Assembly (NCBI GenBank): GCA_002633005.1
Contig: NMRA01000011.1
Location: forward strand, 95,400-159,399
Source: Phoronis australis
Lineage: Eukaryota; Animalia; Phoronida
Direction: 5' to 3'
Length of the DNA: 64,000 nt
Position numbers and translations under genes: made by a program. Below the pieces are notes generated by a model. That model did not search any database and had not been told where the DNA came from. It saw nothing but the letters and a program-made list of their open reading frames with translations. Position 1 is the first letter of the stretch; the number at the start of each line of letters is the position of its first letter. This document shows, one piece after another, positions 33,593-45,500 of the stretch.

Positions 33593-36383
33593 CAAACAGT
33601 TTGTTCAACATGATGTATTGTGTGGAGTGTTGACATGTAATACGTATTCTTTTTTACAAATGTGTCCAAAGTGTCTGGTTTATTTTATACATTTGTAAGT
33701 ATCTAGAATGCTACTGGTACCATAAGTCAGTCTGCCAACATTAGTGTGTGGTAAACTTAAAGACTGGATTTACGCATTAGGGGCGTCCGAGCGAAGTTTG
33801 AATTTGTTGGAATGCCACGGCCAATGTCTCTACAGAGCTGCGACAAGGAAAATGTGATATTGTCAAGATGCATGTAAGCATGGGATTGGCATCTGCAGCA
33901 TGTTCAGATAAAATGGTTTGAATCGCCGAAACGTTAACGTGACAAAAAGGCCCTGTCGTATGTCAGTGATTTGTCTTATCAACACTGAAGTCACGTGTCT
34001 AATCGGTTCGAGCAGCTCCGCACGATAGCGGCCTGTAATTCCTTTTTTTCGAGGGCATACCTTTTACCTGGGAAAGCCTTGCGCACACCCATAGGCGGCA
34101 CTGTGATAAGGGAAATACTCTTTGCGGAACCCAACAACGAATGCTCATGAGAGCGGAATCTGGAAAATGGGGTTGACTGATGTCTCAGTAATTAGTGTAA
34201 GTAATACAACATAAACAAAATCGCTCCTAATTGCTCAGACTAATCACTCATGCATTCGTTGCTCAAGAAACAAAACAATTCCCAGTTGAAGTAGCGTATT
34301 TGACAGTACGAATTTGACAATTTAGAACGTTCTCGTAAATGTTTTCTGTTATTTTATTACTTTTTGGGTCAGATAAACAGATTGATCACTTGCATGTTTG
34401 CATGCGAGCTCTTATATGTAAACGAATGGCTTATCCGTTTATTGTATAAAGTTATGCCGTTTGTTTGTACAGTAACGACCATGTCCTATAAAGGTAGTTA
34501 TTTATTGCGATTTTGAAAAAGTGCAAGCGTGGATGCGAATAGACAAACGTCACTCTAGGGTATTTCTCATTATGTCATATAAAGACTAATGTGTAAGTTC
34601 TCAAGAATTTTGACACCGAGATGGAAGTGAATGAGAACCGAATAAATGTAGGAGACAAGTACTTGTATAAGAATCCCATGGATTGTAACGCATGCGTGCC
34701 TTTGACAAGACTATGGTCCTTTCCTGCTCACCCAGTTTCTTTGAGACTTCAGAGTTATTCGAAGTATAGTAGTCGTTCTCTTGTCTTGGATTTGATTAAC
34801 GTCACATGAATCATTTTGGCTGACAAAAATGGCTTGTTCTGGGTTGTCCACACGGTTCGTCCATCTCCAGTACCTCAATAATCGGGGGTGCATGACATAA
34901 CAAATAAGCGCGCAGTGCACTACTGATCCAGCGTTCACTCAAAGTCCGACCATAAGGCAGATTGGACATTTGACCTGTCGTCTTCGAATAGTTCATCATG
35001 TTGTGAAAAAGCTAGTCAATTCGTGACTGATCTGCCTCCTGGTCGTCCGACCCAAATCTTCACACGGTATTTAGGTGTGGAAGTAATACCGATTGGGATT
35101 CTAATCAGACGCGTCGGTCGAACACATATGCACGTACATGTATGAAGAGCCACTATTCACGCGCGGAATTGGTTAGGCCCTATTCCACGCGTCAAAAATA
35201 GCTATTGAACGCACCTTTACTCAGTGTGCGTACTTTACTTCAGTGCCCGTACTGAATAATGTCCAATAAAAGACTACTGTCATAGGATCGAGATGTCTCC
35301 CCATCGATAGTGACTCCCATCCAGTGGGGTGTGGTTGTTGGGAGGGACCTGGGCCCCCTGAAAAGGCGTTTCAGGGGCGACGAAATCGCAATTTGAAGGC
35401 ACCGAATCACAAAATGTGTTGTTCCAAATTGTATATACAAAACGTCCACTTTTGGGGCGCATTGTTTTAGTTGTCCTAAGACGGATTTGCAGATGGGAAA
35501 TATACAGAATATTTCGCAATTGCTAATCCGACGGCAAGACAGTCGCAGTACAACGCGCCCATTTCATGATGTATGTCTTTCGTGCTTAGTGCCTTGGGAA
35601 TCCCATTCTAGACCCTTTTACTAGGTATGAGATCGAAAAACCCAAAGCTGGTCGAAACATGAGCTAACCTCTCAGAATTTACATGTACATGTAGGTAGAG
35701 AGCGTGGCATAGTCTATTACACCCATCCGTCTGTATATGACAAGGTTTGTTCCATAGGCGTCATTTTTAGATGTCTATTGTTTCTTCTATGTGAAGAGCA
35801 TTTCTCATACAGGAGCTATAAAAACACACCGACTCTGAAGCCAGTTAATCGCCACTTGGTTAGTAGCAACATCCAAGCTACCGAGTGTCTTGTTGAGTTG
35901 CAGAGAATAAAAAAGTTAAAAACAATAAATTCGATTCAAGTTGAGATCTACAATGCAATAATATTATTATACGTGTACGAGTTTACCTCTCGAGCGATGT
36001 TTGCGGCCATGGGGGTTCTTCCATTCGTTACGGAGAGGGGAAAAGGGAGGGGGGTAAATGAAGGAAAAGGCTGGACAGGAACCACCAGTGGAAAAATACA
36101 AGAGAGATGATACATATGAGTTGCGGCATCGATCAACGAGGGAAGATAACCGTACGGTGAAATTGTTTCGAACTGGGTGTAGCAGTTAGGTTGCGATGAG
36201 ACAAGTGGAATGCGTATAGATTCACAAATAACTATCCAAAAGAGAACACAAGAGATACATGTAGGCTAAACTTGAAAAATATTGGAGAAGAATTTAACAT
36301 CTGTATGTAGCAGATAAAACTGTGTCATGCGATGGATATTTTTTTCATTGCTCTCCGACGATATGATGTTAAATGTCTAAACC

Positions 36384-37170
36384 CTTTACTTAACTAAAGA
36401 GCTGAAAAGTCTGGAAAGTCAGACATTTCCGCCCACTCACTAAGGGCCTTGTTCATTGACTGGATTCCCCGCGTCAGGTTGACCTGGTTTAAAATGAGGC
36501 CGTACTCCTCTGGCAGCCGTAATCCTTGATCACAGTTCAAACCTGGGCGTCTGGTTCTAATGTAGACAGTCTCCTTGACCTTTCTTGAGTGCCATTGTTC
36601 TTTTCTGGCAAGGATTCTGGCGTGAACACTGTTAATGGTGTGATCCCCTACGCCTGTGGGTCTGTCCAGTTTGGAGCTAGTGTTCCCTCATCTTTGTCCG
36701 TAGGCTGCGTTTGGTTTTCCCCATGTATTGACAGGTGGGAACCTCCTTGCACGACACCAAAGATATAAAATCTTTGACGACACTTGGTATTCTTGTCAGC
36801 TGTGGTAGGGTCCTTCGGGTGAATCAACTTTTCCCGGATGGTGTTGATAGATTTGAAAAATGTCTTAACCCCCAGCGATTTGAAGGTTCGTGACAGTAGT
36901 TCAGAAAGATTCTGGGCGTACGGAATAGATGTGGATGGTTGTCTGAGCTCATCCCTGTGGGTGCCCTGATTGCGGTTACGTCATGCGGCCTTGTTCAAGG
37001 GTAACGCAGTTCTCTGCTCTGTTGATAAGGATGCGCACCACTAAGCGTTTGTGGTGTACGGGGTGGTTTGAGCAAAAGTTCAGGCATCGATCGGTGTGAA
37101 TGGGATTGCAGTACACATTAATCTTGGTAGAGCCGTCATCGTTAACGTGTATGCATACAACAGAGCAAAG
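36384..37170 (-). mobile_element. Penelope-like retroelement fragment (RT C-terminus, GIY-YIG endonuclease, 3' end), decayed
   Basis: IHVNDDGSTKINVYCNPIHTDRCLNFCSNHPVHHKRLVVRILINRAENC matches the PLE RT C-terminal region; also IPYAQNLSELLSRTFK, REKLIHPKD, YMGKTKRSLRTKMREH, ARILARKEQWHSRKVKETVYI and LNCDQG. Confidence 0.9.
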
Positions 37171-37174
37171 AACG

Positions 37175-37860
37175 GCTTGACCAAGACCGCCGGGATGAGA
37201 TTTCTCACACACGATCTGTAGTGCTCTGACTGACAATGATTAAGCTGGGCACTCACCATTCCACTACACTGACGTAACCACAATCAGGGCACCCACAGGG
37301 ATGAGCTCAGCCCGTCGACCCATATCCATTCCCAAGAACCTTTCTGAACAACTGTCACGCACCTTCAAATCGTGTGGTGTAAAGACACGTTTTCAAACCT
37401 ATCAACAACAGGGAAAAGTTGGTTCACCCAAATAAGGGGCCTAACCCCACACTGACAAGAAGTCTTGTGCTGTGTACCAGCTGTCGTGCAAGAGGATCCC
37501 AGCCATCAACGGGAATCCAAACGTACCCTAGGGACAAGGACGAGGGGACACTCCAAACTGGACAGAGCCACAGGCGTAGCGGAACACACACTGAACACTG
37601 ATCACACCATCGACACGTGCAATGCTAGAATACTTGCCAGAGAAGAACACTGGTACTCAAGAAAGGCCTAGAAGGCTGTCCACATTGGAACCAGACACCC
37701 CTATTTGAACAGTGATCAAGGGTTATAGCTACTAGCGCTGTGCGACCTTATTCTAATACCAGGTCAGCCTGAGGCAGGAAATCCAATAAGTGAACAAGGT
37801 CCTCAGAGAGTAGGCGGAAACGTCCACTCACCAGATGTTTATGCTTTTTAGTAAGTGAGA
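37175..37860 (+). mobile_element. Penelope-like fragment (linker, GIY-YIG, 3' end), inverted relative to 36384-37170
   Basis: DQDRRDEISH..SALTDN, NLSEQLSRTFK, CAVYQLSCK, ESKRTLGTRTRGH, GVAEHTLNTDHTID, ARILAREEHWYSRK and LNSDQG. Confidence 0.9.
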
Positions 37861-40800
37861 TTTTCGGAAGAAAAAGTTTGGAAACTGAAACCGCTTAGTG
37901 ACCAAGAAACCAAAGAACTAAGGTCTTTTATAAAATTTTGCCTTAAAGAGGACTGGAAGGCAAAAAACAGACTAAATTGAATTGTTCAAAATAGTTGTCT
38001 GCCACTGAAACAGAATTCACCAGGTATTTTACGGTTTGTTCGTGACTATTTTGAATTTCTGCTGTTGTCAAAGCATTTTTCTTTTAGCTTCAAGTTCAAA
38101 AAAGCAATCGGTCAACTTCTCGTCACTTAGTCGATTTTCCTCCCACAAGGTAAAGCAATCTCCTTATTTGGTGTGGCAAGACATATACGTAAACAAAACA
38201 ATGGCGACTTCAAGCAACAGCCAGTCCAATTACGACGCACTTGATGCATGTCCCAAGTGTTTGCAGCTAGTTATAACGGTATCGCAACGTTCAAATATCT
38301 TTCAAATGCACTCGGAATTCTTTTTGGGAAATTGCTTGCTTCGCTGGATTGCCTGATGGTGTGCTTTCGACCTCAGATTCGAAGTGGCGGTCACACACGA
38401 CAATCTGCCGTTATTAGGTCATCGTCATACGCTGTTTGTCGAATGACTGAAAGTGCGTGGCATTGCGTCTCTTATCATAAATATGAGGGAGATTAGAAAT
38501 TCTATGGTGACGACACAGTTTTTTTTTTCTTAGCACGTATTTCAAAAATTGTGAGCTTCGAGATTTGTTACTTGTTTGCATATTCCCTCCTAGGAGTAAG
38601 TGAATAACTCTGAACATAGTAGACATTCCGTGATGGTATTTCGTCAGGAATTCTTTAAACGATATTGTTGACAAACTGTCCGTGGTTCTTTGAAAGCTGA
38701 AACGGCGAAGCAGAAGCAGGTACCCAGGATTGGAACCAAGCGAATCCGATGTTGTAATATCGGATGCATCAAACTGTATCGGCGAAGACGAGTCCCACAG
38801 TACTAACAAGTCATTCGACTGTACAGTTCTTGCACCACCAAATGTTGTTGGAATTATCAGTGACACGCATGCGTCAAATGCATGCTTTGAATCATCTCCG
38901 CCTGGCCCCGTTAGAAACTGTAAAATGTTCTTGGCATCTTTGCGCCCACTTCGTAGCGAAATTGACAGCGAATTGAACATAGATGAAATATGTGACATTG
39001 CGGCATTGGGTTATACCTGCAGAAGCGTCAAGTAATGCTTTCGTTGTCAGTAACATGCATACGTCTAAGTTGTAATGTAGATCAAGGACTAGAATCGAAT
39101 CAGCCTCCACTTGCAAAACTAGTACAAGTATCCACGATTATAAAACAGTAACGGTAAATATACGTGCATATGCAGATGCATCCAATACCGCCATAGATAA
39201 CAATAACTTGAGCTATGCTGTGCTAGGACCCTTAGACCTCTTGTTCTTCCTTGAAAACGTTAGATCCAATTAACGTCATAGGTCAGGGCAACGTTTCCAA
39301 TACCTAAAAATTGATATTTAGAAATCAGAGCCGAGCCAGACAGGAGAAACACTCGTGTGTCCGGGAAAGAGATGATCGGACAAAATCAGCATACTGCTTC
39401 CATGAAAACACTCCCTCCTTAAGAAGGTTGTCGTTCGGCTTAACCATTGATTCTCTGTTCTCCATTCCATGTCAGTCTGCTGGGTTCTCCCCTTTTTCTT
39501 GGTATAGAGTGCAACTAGTCTACACTACATTGAAAAGGATTTTGAGAAGATGGAAATTCGAGTCTGAGTTTGGAGACTGAATCCGGCACGGACCCCAAGT
39601 TCATCATGCCATGCATGCTTGCGCTTCATACACATGCACTAAAAAGGATAGCAAACCCGGTTTCGGCCTTTTGTCAGATACTAAAAACGAGTTTCCGACC
39701 CATTTCTCTGAAACAAAGTAACTCTCGACAACACTCAAAAGTTAGGAGGAAAGCTTAAAATCTCCTAAAGTGTTCTATTATGGGTTAGCTAGACACACGC
39801 TTTTGGCGAATTACACGGCGACTGTGGGAAAAGACCACCTACCAAGGTCCATAATATCCAGTTTGTGAGATGGGATAGGGAGTATGAGGTTGTAGTTGAT
39901 TTCTATCATTGCCGTACAAGATTGACGCCAATGATGCAATATCACGTGATAGAACGAGGATTCGTTGAAATCACCAAAACATCGTTCAGTTCGGGTACAA
40001 ATTGCATTGGATATAAGAAACCACGATGCTGTAAAACAACGAATACGCAGTAGAGTTGTGACCATTCGTACGGAATCGGTGATTTAACAAGTCCGTGAGT
40101 TATATTCATAATTAGCGCCATTAAATTGAATCACTGCCAATGTGTCTTTTTCCTAGTTTCGTGGAAAATAAAAATGTGTTGATTCCATTTCATTACTTGT
40201 GATTTGTTGGCCGTCAGCGTACATTCTGGCCAAACATAATTGCAGGATCACAGAAAACACTTCATATTCACATTTTTGCAATTACACTCATGGCAACGAC
40301 AACGACACACAAACCAGAGTTACCCGTATTTACGTTTACGTAGTTCTTGAACTCATTGTAAGTGTTGCTTGTTAGCGTGCGGTGGATGGGGACACATTTT
40401 TTCACCTGCACCAAAACCCCATCCCCCACATCGCCACTTTTCCATCGATTCATTCGGTTTGGTTTTGTAGATGCCAAAGAGTCCAATGATTAAGATGACG
40501 GTCCACTTTCAGTATACACCTATTGAGACAAAGTACTCGCACTAAAAGTATACATGTGAGTACGCCTACCGCAACATCCCTGTTCTTCCTAATCCTGCGC
40601 ATTTCGGTAGTAACGCAGCAGTGTTGCCGCTCACCGGTAACGCATACCACTACTTGCAGTTGTCATAAATCACACTTTCCTTCTAAATGTAGGCTAAGCA
40701 CATGTATCGTAGTTTTTCAAGATGACGCAGTTTTCTGCAGTGCGGCTCAACGATTAACTCGCGACTGCCAAAATACGAAATTCTAAAACAACCGCAGTTT

Positions 40801-42777
40801 CAAACGGTATATTTTAGCGATATTGACGTGACACGTCCATGGCCAACCCAGTGGATGGTGATGCTGCCTTCAATTTCCTGGATCAGCCTCCGCTGGGATT
40901 AGCGCAGGCCAAATTGGACCATCAATCAGGTATTCATTGAAAGAATAATGCCTTCTACCCAGAAGTAACGTCTTAGACCATTCAACATGTCAAGCAGAGA
41001 TTAATCGCCCTGTTGAAGCTGTGCATGTAATTTGCATACGAAATTTGATGCCGTCTGCCCTCCAGTGTTTGTCTACACCATGCTCATTTCTGTATGGAAA
41101 ATGTCATTTGATGCCTGGTGAAAAGAATGCCCCATTTTTGATAATCAATCCATCAGTAGACCTTGCATACAACGGTTTACAGTAGCCTCTTAAGTCAATA
41201 TGCTTCGACGTAAAACAGCTTTTGATCAAGTAAAAACTCTCCCGGTAAAATTTAGCTACAATGTGAAACACACATCGTCCGGATAGTGATCTTTTGGTCA
41301 ATCGATTCACTAGTTAAATTCATCTAACTTCTATTGATTTTATCATATCTCCTATGAAACTGACAAGTTGGGCGTGGAAGATTATAAGCACATAAATAAA
41401 AAATGACGTGTTTCTTTGCCATTATTTTGATGGTCGGTAAATGTAGTTTGGCCAAGTTCTTAATGGACTAGGACGTGCTAGAGGCGCATTAAGCTTCGTA
41501 CAGATAATTTGTTCGCAGAAGAATTCGTCCAAAGTATGTGCAAGTTGTACGGTGGTCAAAAGAAGACGTGGGGTTTTTATGACATTCCAAAAAAAAATCG
41601 GGTTTTTGCAATTTCTGCTTTTCACCACCCAAGTGGAAGTGTTTTCAAATGGTGAGAAATTTTAAAAATTACAAAAATAAACCAAAAATGTACAAATGTC
41701 TGAAAAATGCTTGTGACGGTGTTCTGGTGACTATTTCATATTTACGTGAAGTGGCTTCCTTAAGCAACAGTTACAACATTTTAAAGGGAACAGCACTTTC
41801 TTAACCGCAGACGTTTACGAGAGAGTGGGGCCGGCTTGTTTCTCTGTAATAGGACCTGAGAGTGGAGACGACTTAATTCTCTGAAGTAGGGCCGTCCCGG
41901 ATTACACAGTGCAGCGATAGAACTCTTCGCAGGTTAGAAAGCGTTTTGTTTTCCACGCCTGTTTTGCTAGATTCATGCCATACGCATTTTTACAGGTCAC
42001 GTCAGAAATTGCCGATGTGTACAGCCGTGGAAATATTTCCGGTTGAACCATTTAAAAGTACCGGAATAGAAAAGATGTTTTCAAAAAAGAAGATTCTGCA
42101 AGGTTAAGAATTAACGAACATGCTTTATCCAGCTGCTCCGCGTTTTCTTATCTTTGATTGATGTCGGGAAAACAAAGAACTTGGCATCACGCAACCACAC
42201 ACATTCGTTAAATTTATTTAACTTTCGTTCTTAATGTATATCTATACAGAAGTGGCAAGGGCTAGAAAAAAGATGACGGAAATTGGAAATTACATTAGGT
42301 CTAATTTAGTTTCAACTGGAAAATACCGGTCAGTTGTAGAACACATGTGATTAATATACATTACATGTATGCTAATCTGTTTGGTTAACGTGACAGCTTC
42401 TGAGTTTAAGAAGTTAGTGCTGTTGATTTTTTCCGGTTTGAACAAATGTGTTAGTGCAAGGGAATAAGCTACCGCCATGCTGTTTGTCTTCCATTTGGAG
42501 TACTTGCTGGGTTACCCGAGTACTGTGACGTCACACTTCCGGACACCATTGGTAGCTAAAAAACAGTGCGCGACTTGTTAATCATCAAAGGGCCCCAATG
42601 AAGAAAGGGCTCTCTTCATGATTGGGTCCATTTCAAAAACGCATTATGCAGATTCTTGATCGATGGGATTCTTGTTGTTATAATAAGCTTTGACCAGAAC
42701 TATAAAAATCCATTGTGGTTTTGTGATTTTATAATACACCGCCAATTCTCTTGGTTGCCGGTCTGTCAGACATTCGC

Positions 42778-42850
42778 CTCGCAGGTTCCCTACGTGCCTA
42801 GCCAGCACGCTGGCTACCGACCACCTAGCGGCATGCAGGGAACCAGCGAG
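42778..42850. mobile_element. 73-bp palindromic micro-element with 9-bp TSD (gacattcgc)
   Basis: Arms ctcgcaggttccctacgtgcc / ggcatgcagggaaccagcgag (3 mismatches); TSD at 42769-42777 and 42851-42859. Confidence 0.75.
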
Positions 42851-43354
42851 GACATTCGCCTGAAATCAGCAGGCCCGTGACTATAATGATTAATGCTGCA
42901 TTCCGCCTCGTCGGTTTAGAAAGTCGAATCAAGCCTTTTACTCTGATAAACTCGGTCGCATAATAGTCCAGTGCCGTGATTGGAGTCCATCTCCGTCGCA
43001 AACAACAACATTGAAACTATCATCTGCTAAGCACAATTAGCTATATATAATCTATCTCACTGCTTATGCACACCGGAAAATAGCGAATTCAACAACGGCG
43101 TATGGCAACGCCTGCATTGCCTGTGATTTGACTTGATAATAAGAACCCTACCACGGCAGAAATATCATGAGACCGATTTTGGGGAGTAAAAGGCATAATA
43201 AGATTTTCGTTTTTAGCCAGTTACATGGGCGGCGCAGCAATGAAATACATGTAAGTGGGTGTTTACCCACCCCCACCCCAGCCCCTTATGGTGGGCCTCC
43301 CATGAGTTATAGAGAAGAAAATGCATGAGCTTTAAGTACCGAGAAATTTATTGA

Positions 43355-43510
43355 CAGTGCTGTAGAGGTAAAATTCGTGGTAAGTAGGTGCCCAAAGCCT
43401 ACCGTATCACATTGGGCACTGAACGTAACTTATGGTGCGTAGGCGCTAAGTTCAAATGCCAAAAGGTAGTTGGCTGCACCTACGTGCGCCTACGCTCCAC
43501 TACAGCACTG
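43355..43510. mobile_element. 156-bp hAT-type MITE
   Basis: TIR CAGTGCTGTA/TACAGCACTG; perfect 8-bp TSD tttattga (43347-43354 and 43511-43518); subterminal gtagg(t/c)gc and gc(a/g)cctac motifs. Confidence 0.9.
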
Positions 43511-44684
43511 TTTATTGAGTGGGATTGAGCTTCGGCAGCAGAACGTTAGGCTGCGACCGCGGGCATATTTCAAGTTCATTTCTGCGCTGGAGATGACCTC
43601 GAGAGTTTACATTTCTGTCTCATATTTGTCCCCTTTGACGGTATTTATTGAAAGCATACATGTAAAGACGTTCATAGGAATGGTGTCATTTGTATATTAA
43701 GGAGGACCCGGCATACTAGTCTACAGGTGTGTCCCTGATATTTTTCTCCTACGGTGCCTCTTCGTTCCAATAACCATTGGTCGGCTGACTCTGACTACAG
43801 AAACATTTTGATATCAACAACCGATTTCACGATTTTATGCTTTGGTTATAATTAACGAGAAAAGTTGGGTACGCAGGTCTACAATTTGTACAGATGAACC
43901 CAAGCTGCTCACAGTATTTATTCATGAAGGTCTAGGTATTTGGGATCCCAACTATGACCCCTGGGACCATATTGCGAACGAACATTTGAACCGTGTGTGG
44001 TGTACATGTACAGCTCCTGATATAGCTGAAACGTTTTTCATGCCAGTACAGTTATAATCTATCAGTGGGACCTGCTTGTACGGACCAAGGTTTGCCAAAC
44101 AACGTCATTGTAATAAGCGACAGACGACGCATTTACATGTAACACATGCATATATGAAGTCTACATTTTCGAAATTATCTTTGCGAAACTGTTATGATCA
44201 AAATAACGAAGCAGTCTCTCCAAGTTTCCCCAGATATGCCTCTTGTCATTTTAAAACGCCGTTTTTCATCTTCCAAATATTTTTTTGCGATGTCATCGTC
44301 TCGTTCAATTTAAGCACTGTGACATCCTACAGTACAGTGTACCTCCCATGGATCTGACCCTATGGGTTGTCATTTCATATCGTTTCATTTCGTTCATAGA
44401 ATCGAGTTTAGTGCCCATTATACTTTACTGTTGAAGTAATAAACCACAAGCCATTTATTGAACATTTGATCTTCTACTTAAGCGATTTCGTAACAATCAA
44501 AACCTCCTTACGTCATGTTTGTTGTTTTTAATTGTATAAGCTTATATAAGTTTAGGTTCATCTCTTGCTCTCTTCCTTGCTAACAGGAACATTGTGTTGC
44601 TACAGCTTCCTCTCCAACACTGACGTTGAAAATCCAGGATTAGTACACACTTGCTACCGACGCTGTTGTTTGTAAACTAATTCC

Positions 44685-44698
44685 GTAACCATGGTAAC
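44685..44698. promoter_or_regulatory. RFX X-box-like motif GTAACCATGGTAAC
   Basis: Fits GTNRCC-N(0-3)-RGYAAC; next to a forkhead-like tgtttgtaaac. Confidence 0.35.
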
Positions 44699-45442
44699 AG
44701 CTACTTTTCGCCAGCGACATCCTGGCGGCATTCAATGATTCCATTTTAACTCGCCCCCCATCGACTATTAGTGTCATTTGCGCAGGGCAACGACATCTAT
44801 TTGATCAGGAACTGTGGTACTTGTGACGTGTGATTGTCTACTTGTTAGGTGAGTTGTTTTTCAAAATCATTTTAAGCTTTGACAACAGAAAAGGACAAAG
44901 CTAGAACGTAATTGGATTTCCAGCGCATTATTTGTTGCGGGTTTCGTTTAGGCTGCGCAGAGCCCATAAAATCTTTCAAGGGGTGAGCCCGCTTCGAGGT
45001 GTAAAACCCACCCGCAGACAACCCCACGTCTGTGCTCATTTCTATACGTGCAAGTTTTCATACCCGTTGTAGAGTATCAAATAGCTAACGCCCACAATTG
45101 CGATTTTTGTTATTTCTCTCCTGGTGAAAAACGTTTACTTTGATGCATTGTTTATTTTGTATATTGGTTTGGTGTACAACAACATGGCCATTTTCCAATA
45201 TTTTGTACATGTATTTACTGAAACAGGGTTAACAACCTCGTAAGTTTAACCATCCTCCAAGAGGTTGGTCATTTAACCCTGTCTAAGCTCTCATAAGTTT
45301 CCTTTAGTGGTTTCATTAATTGATACAAACTCACAAACAAAACCACCTCACAAGTCGAAGGAATTTTTTTCTTTTCTCTTCGATCAATCGAATCAGGCGA
45401 AACATTTATTTTATCTTCATAAAAAAGGTTTATTACGTTTAT

Positions 45443-45452
45443 TATCATCATT

Positions 45453-45499
<47 letters not shown>

Positions 45500-45500
45500 T
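45443..45500. repeat. (CAT)n microsatellite
   Basis: About 19 ATC/CAT units; source of the poly-M, poly-H and poly-S ORFs. Confidence 0.97.
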
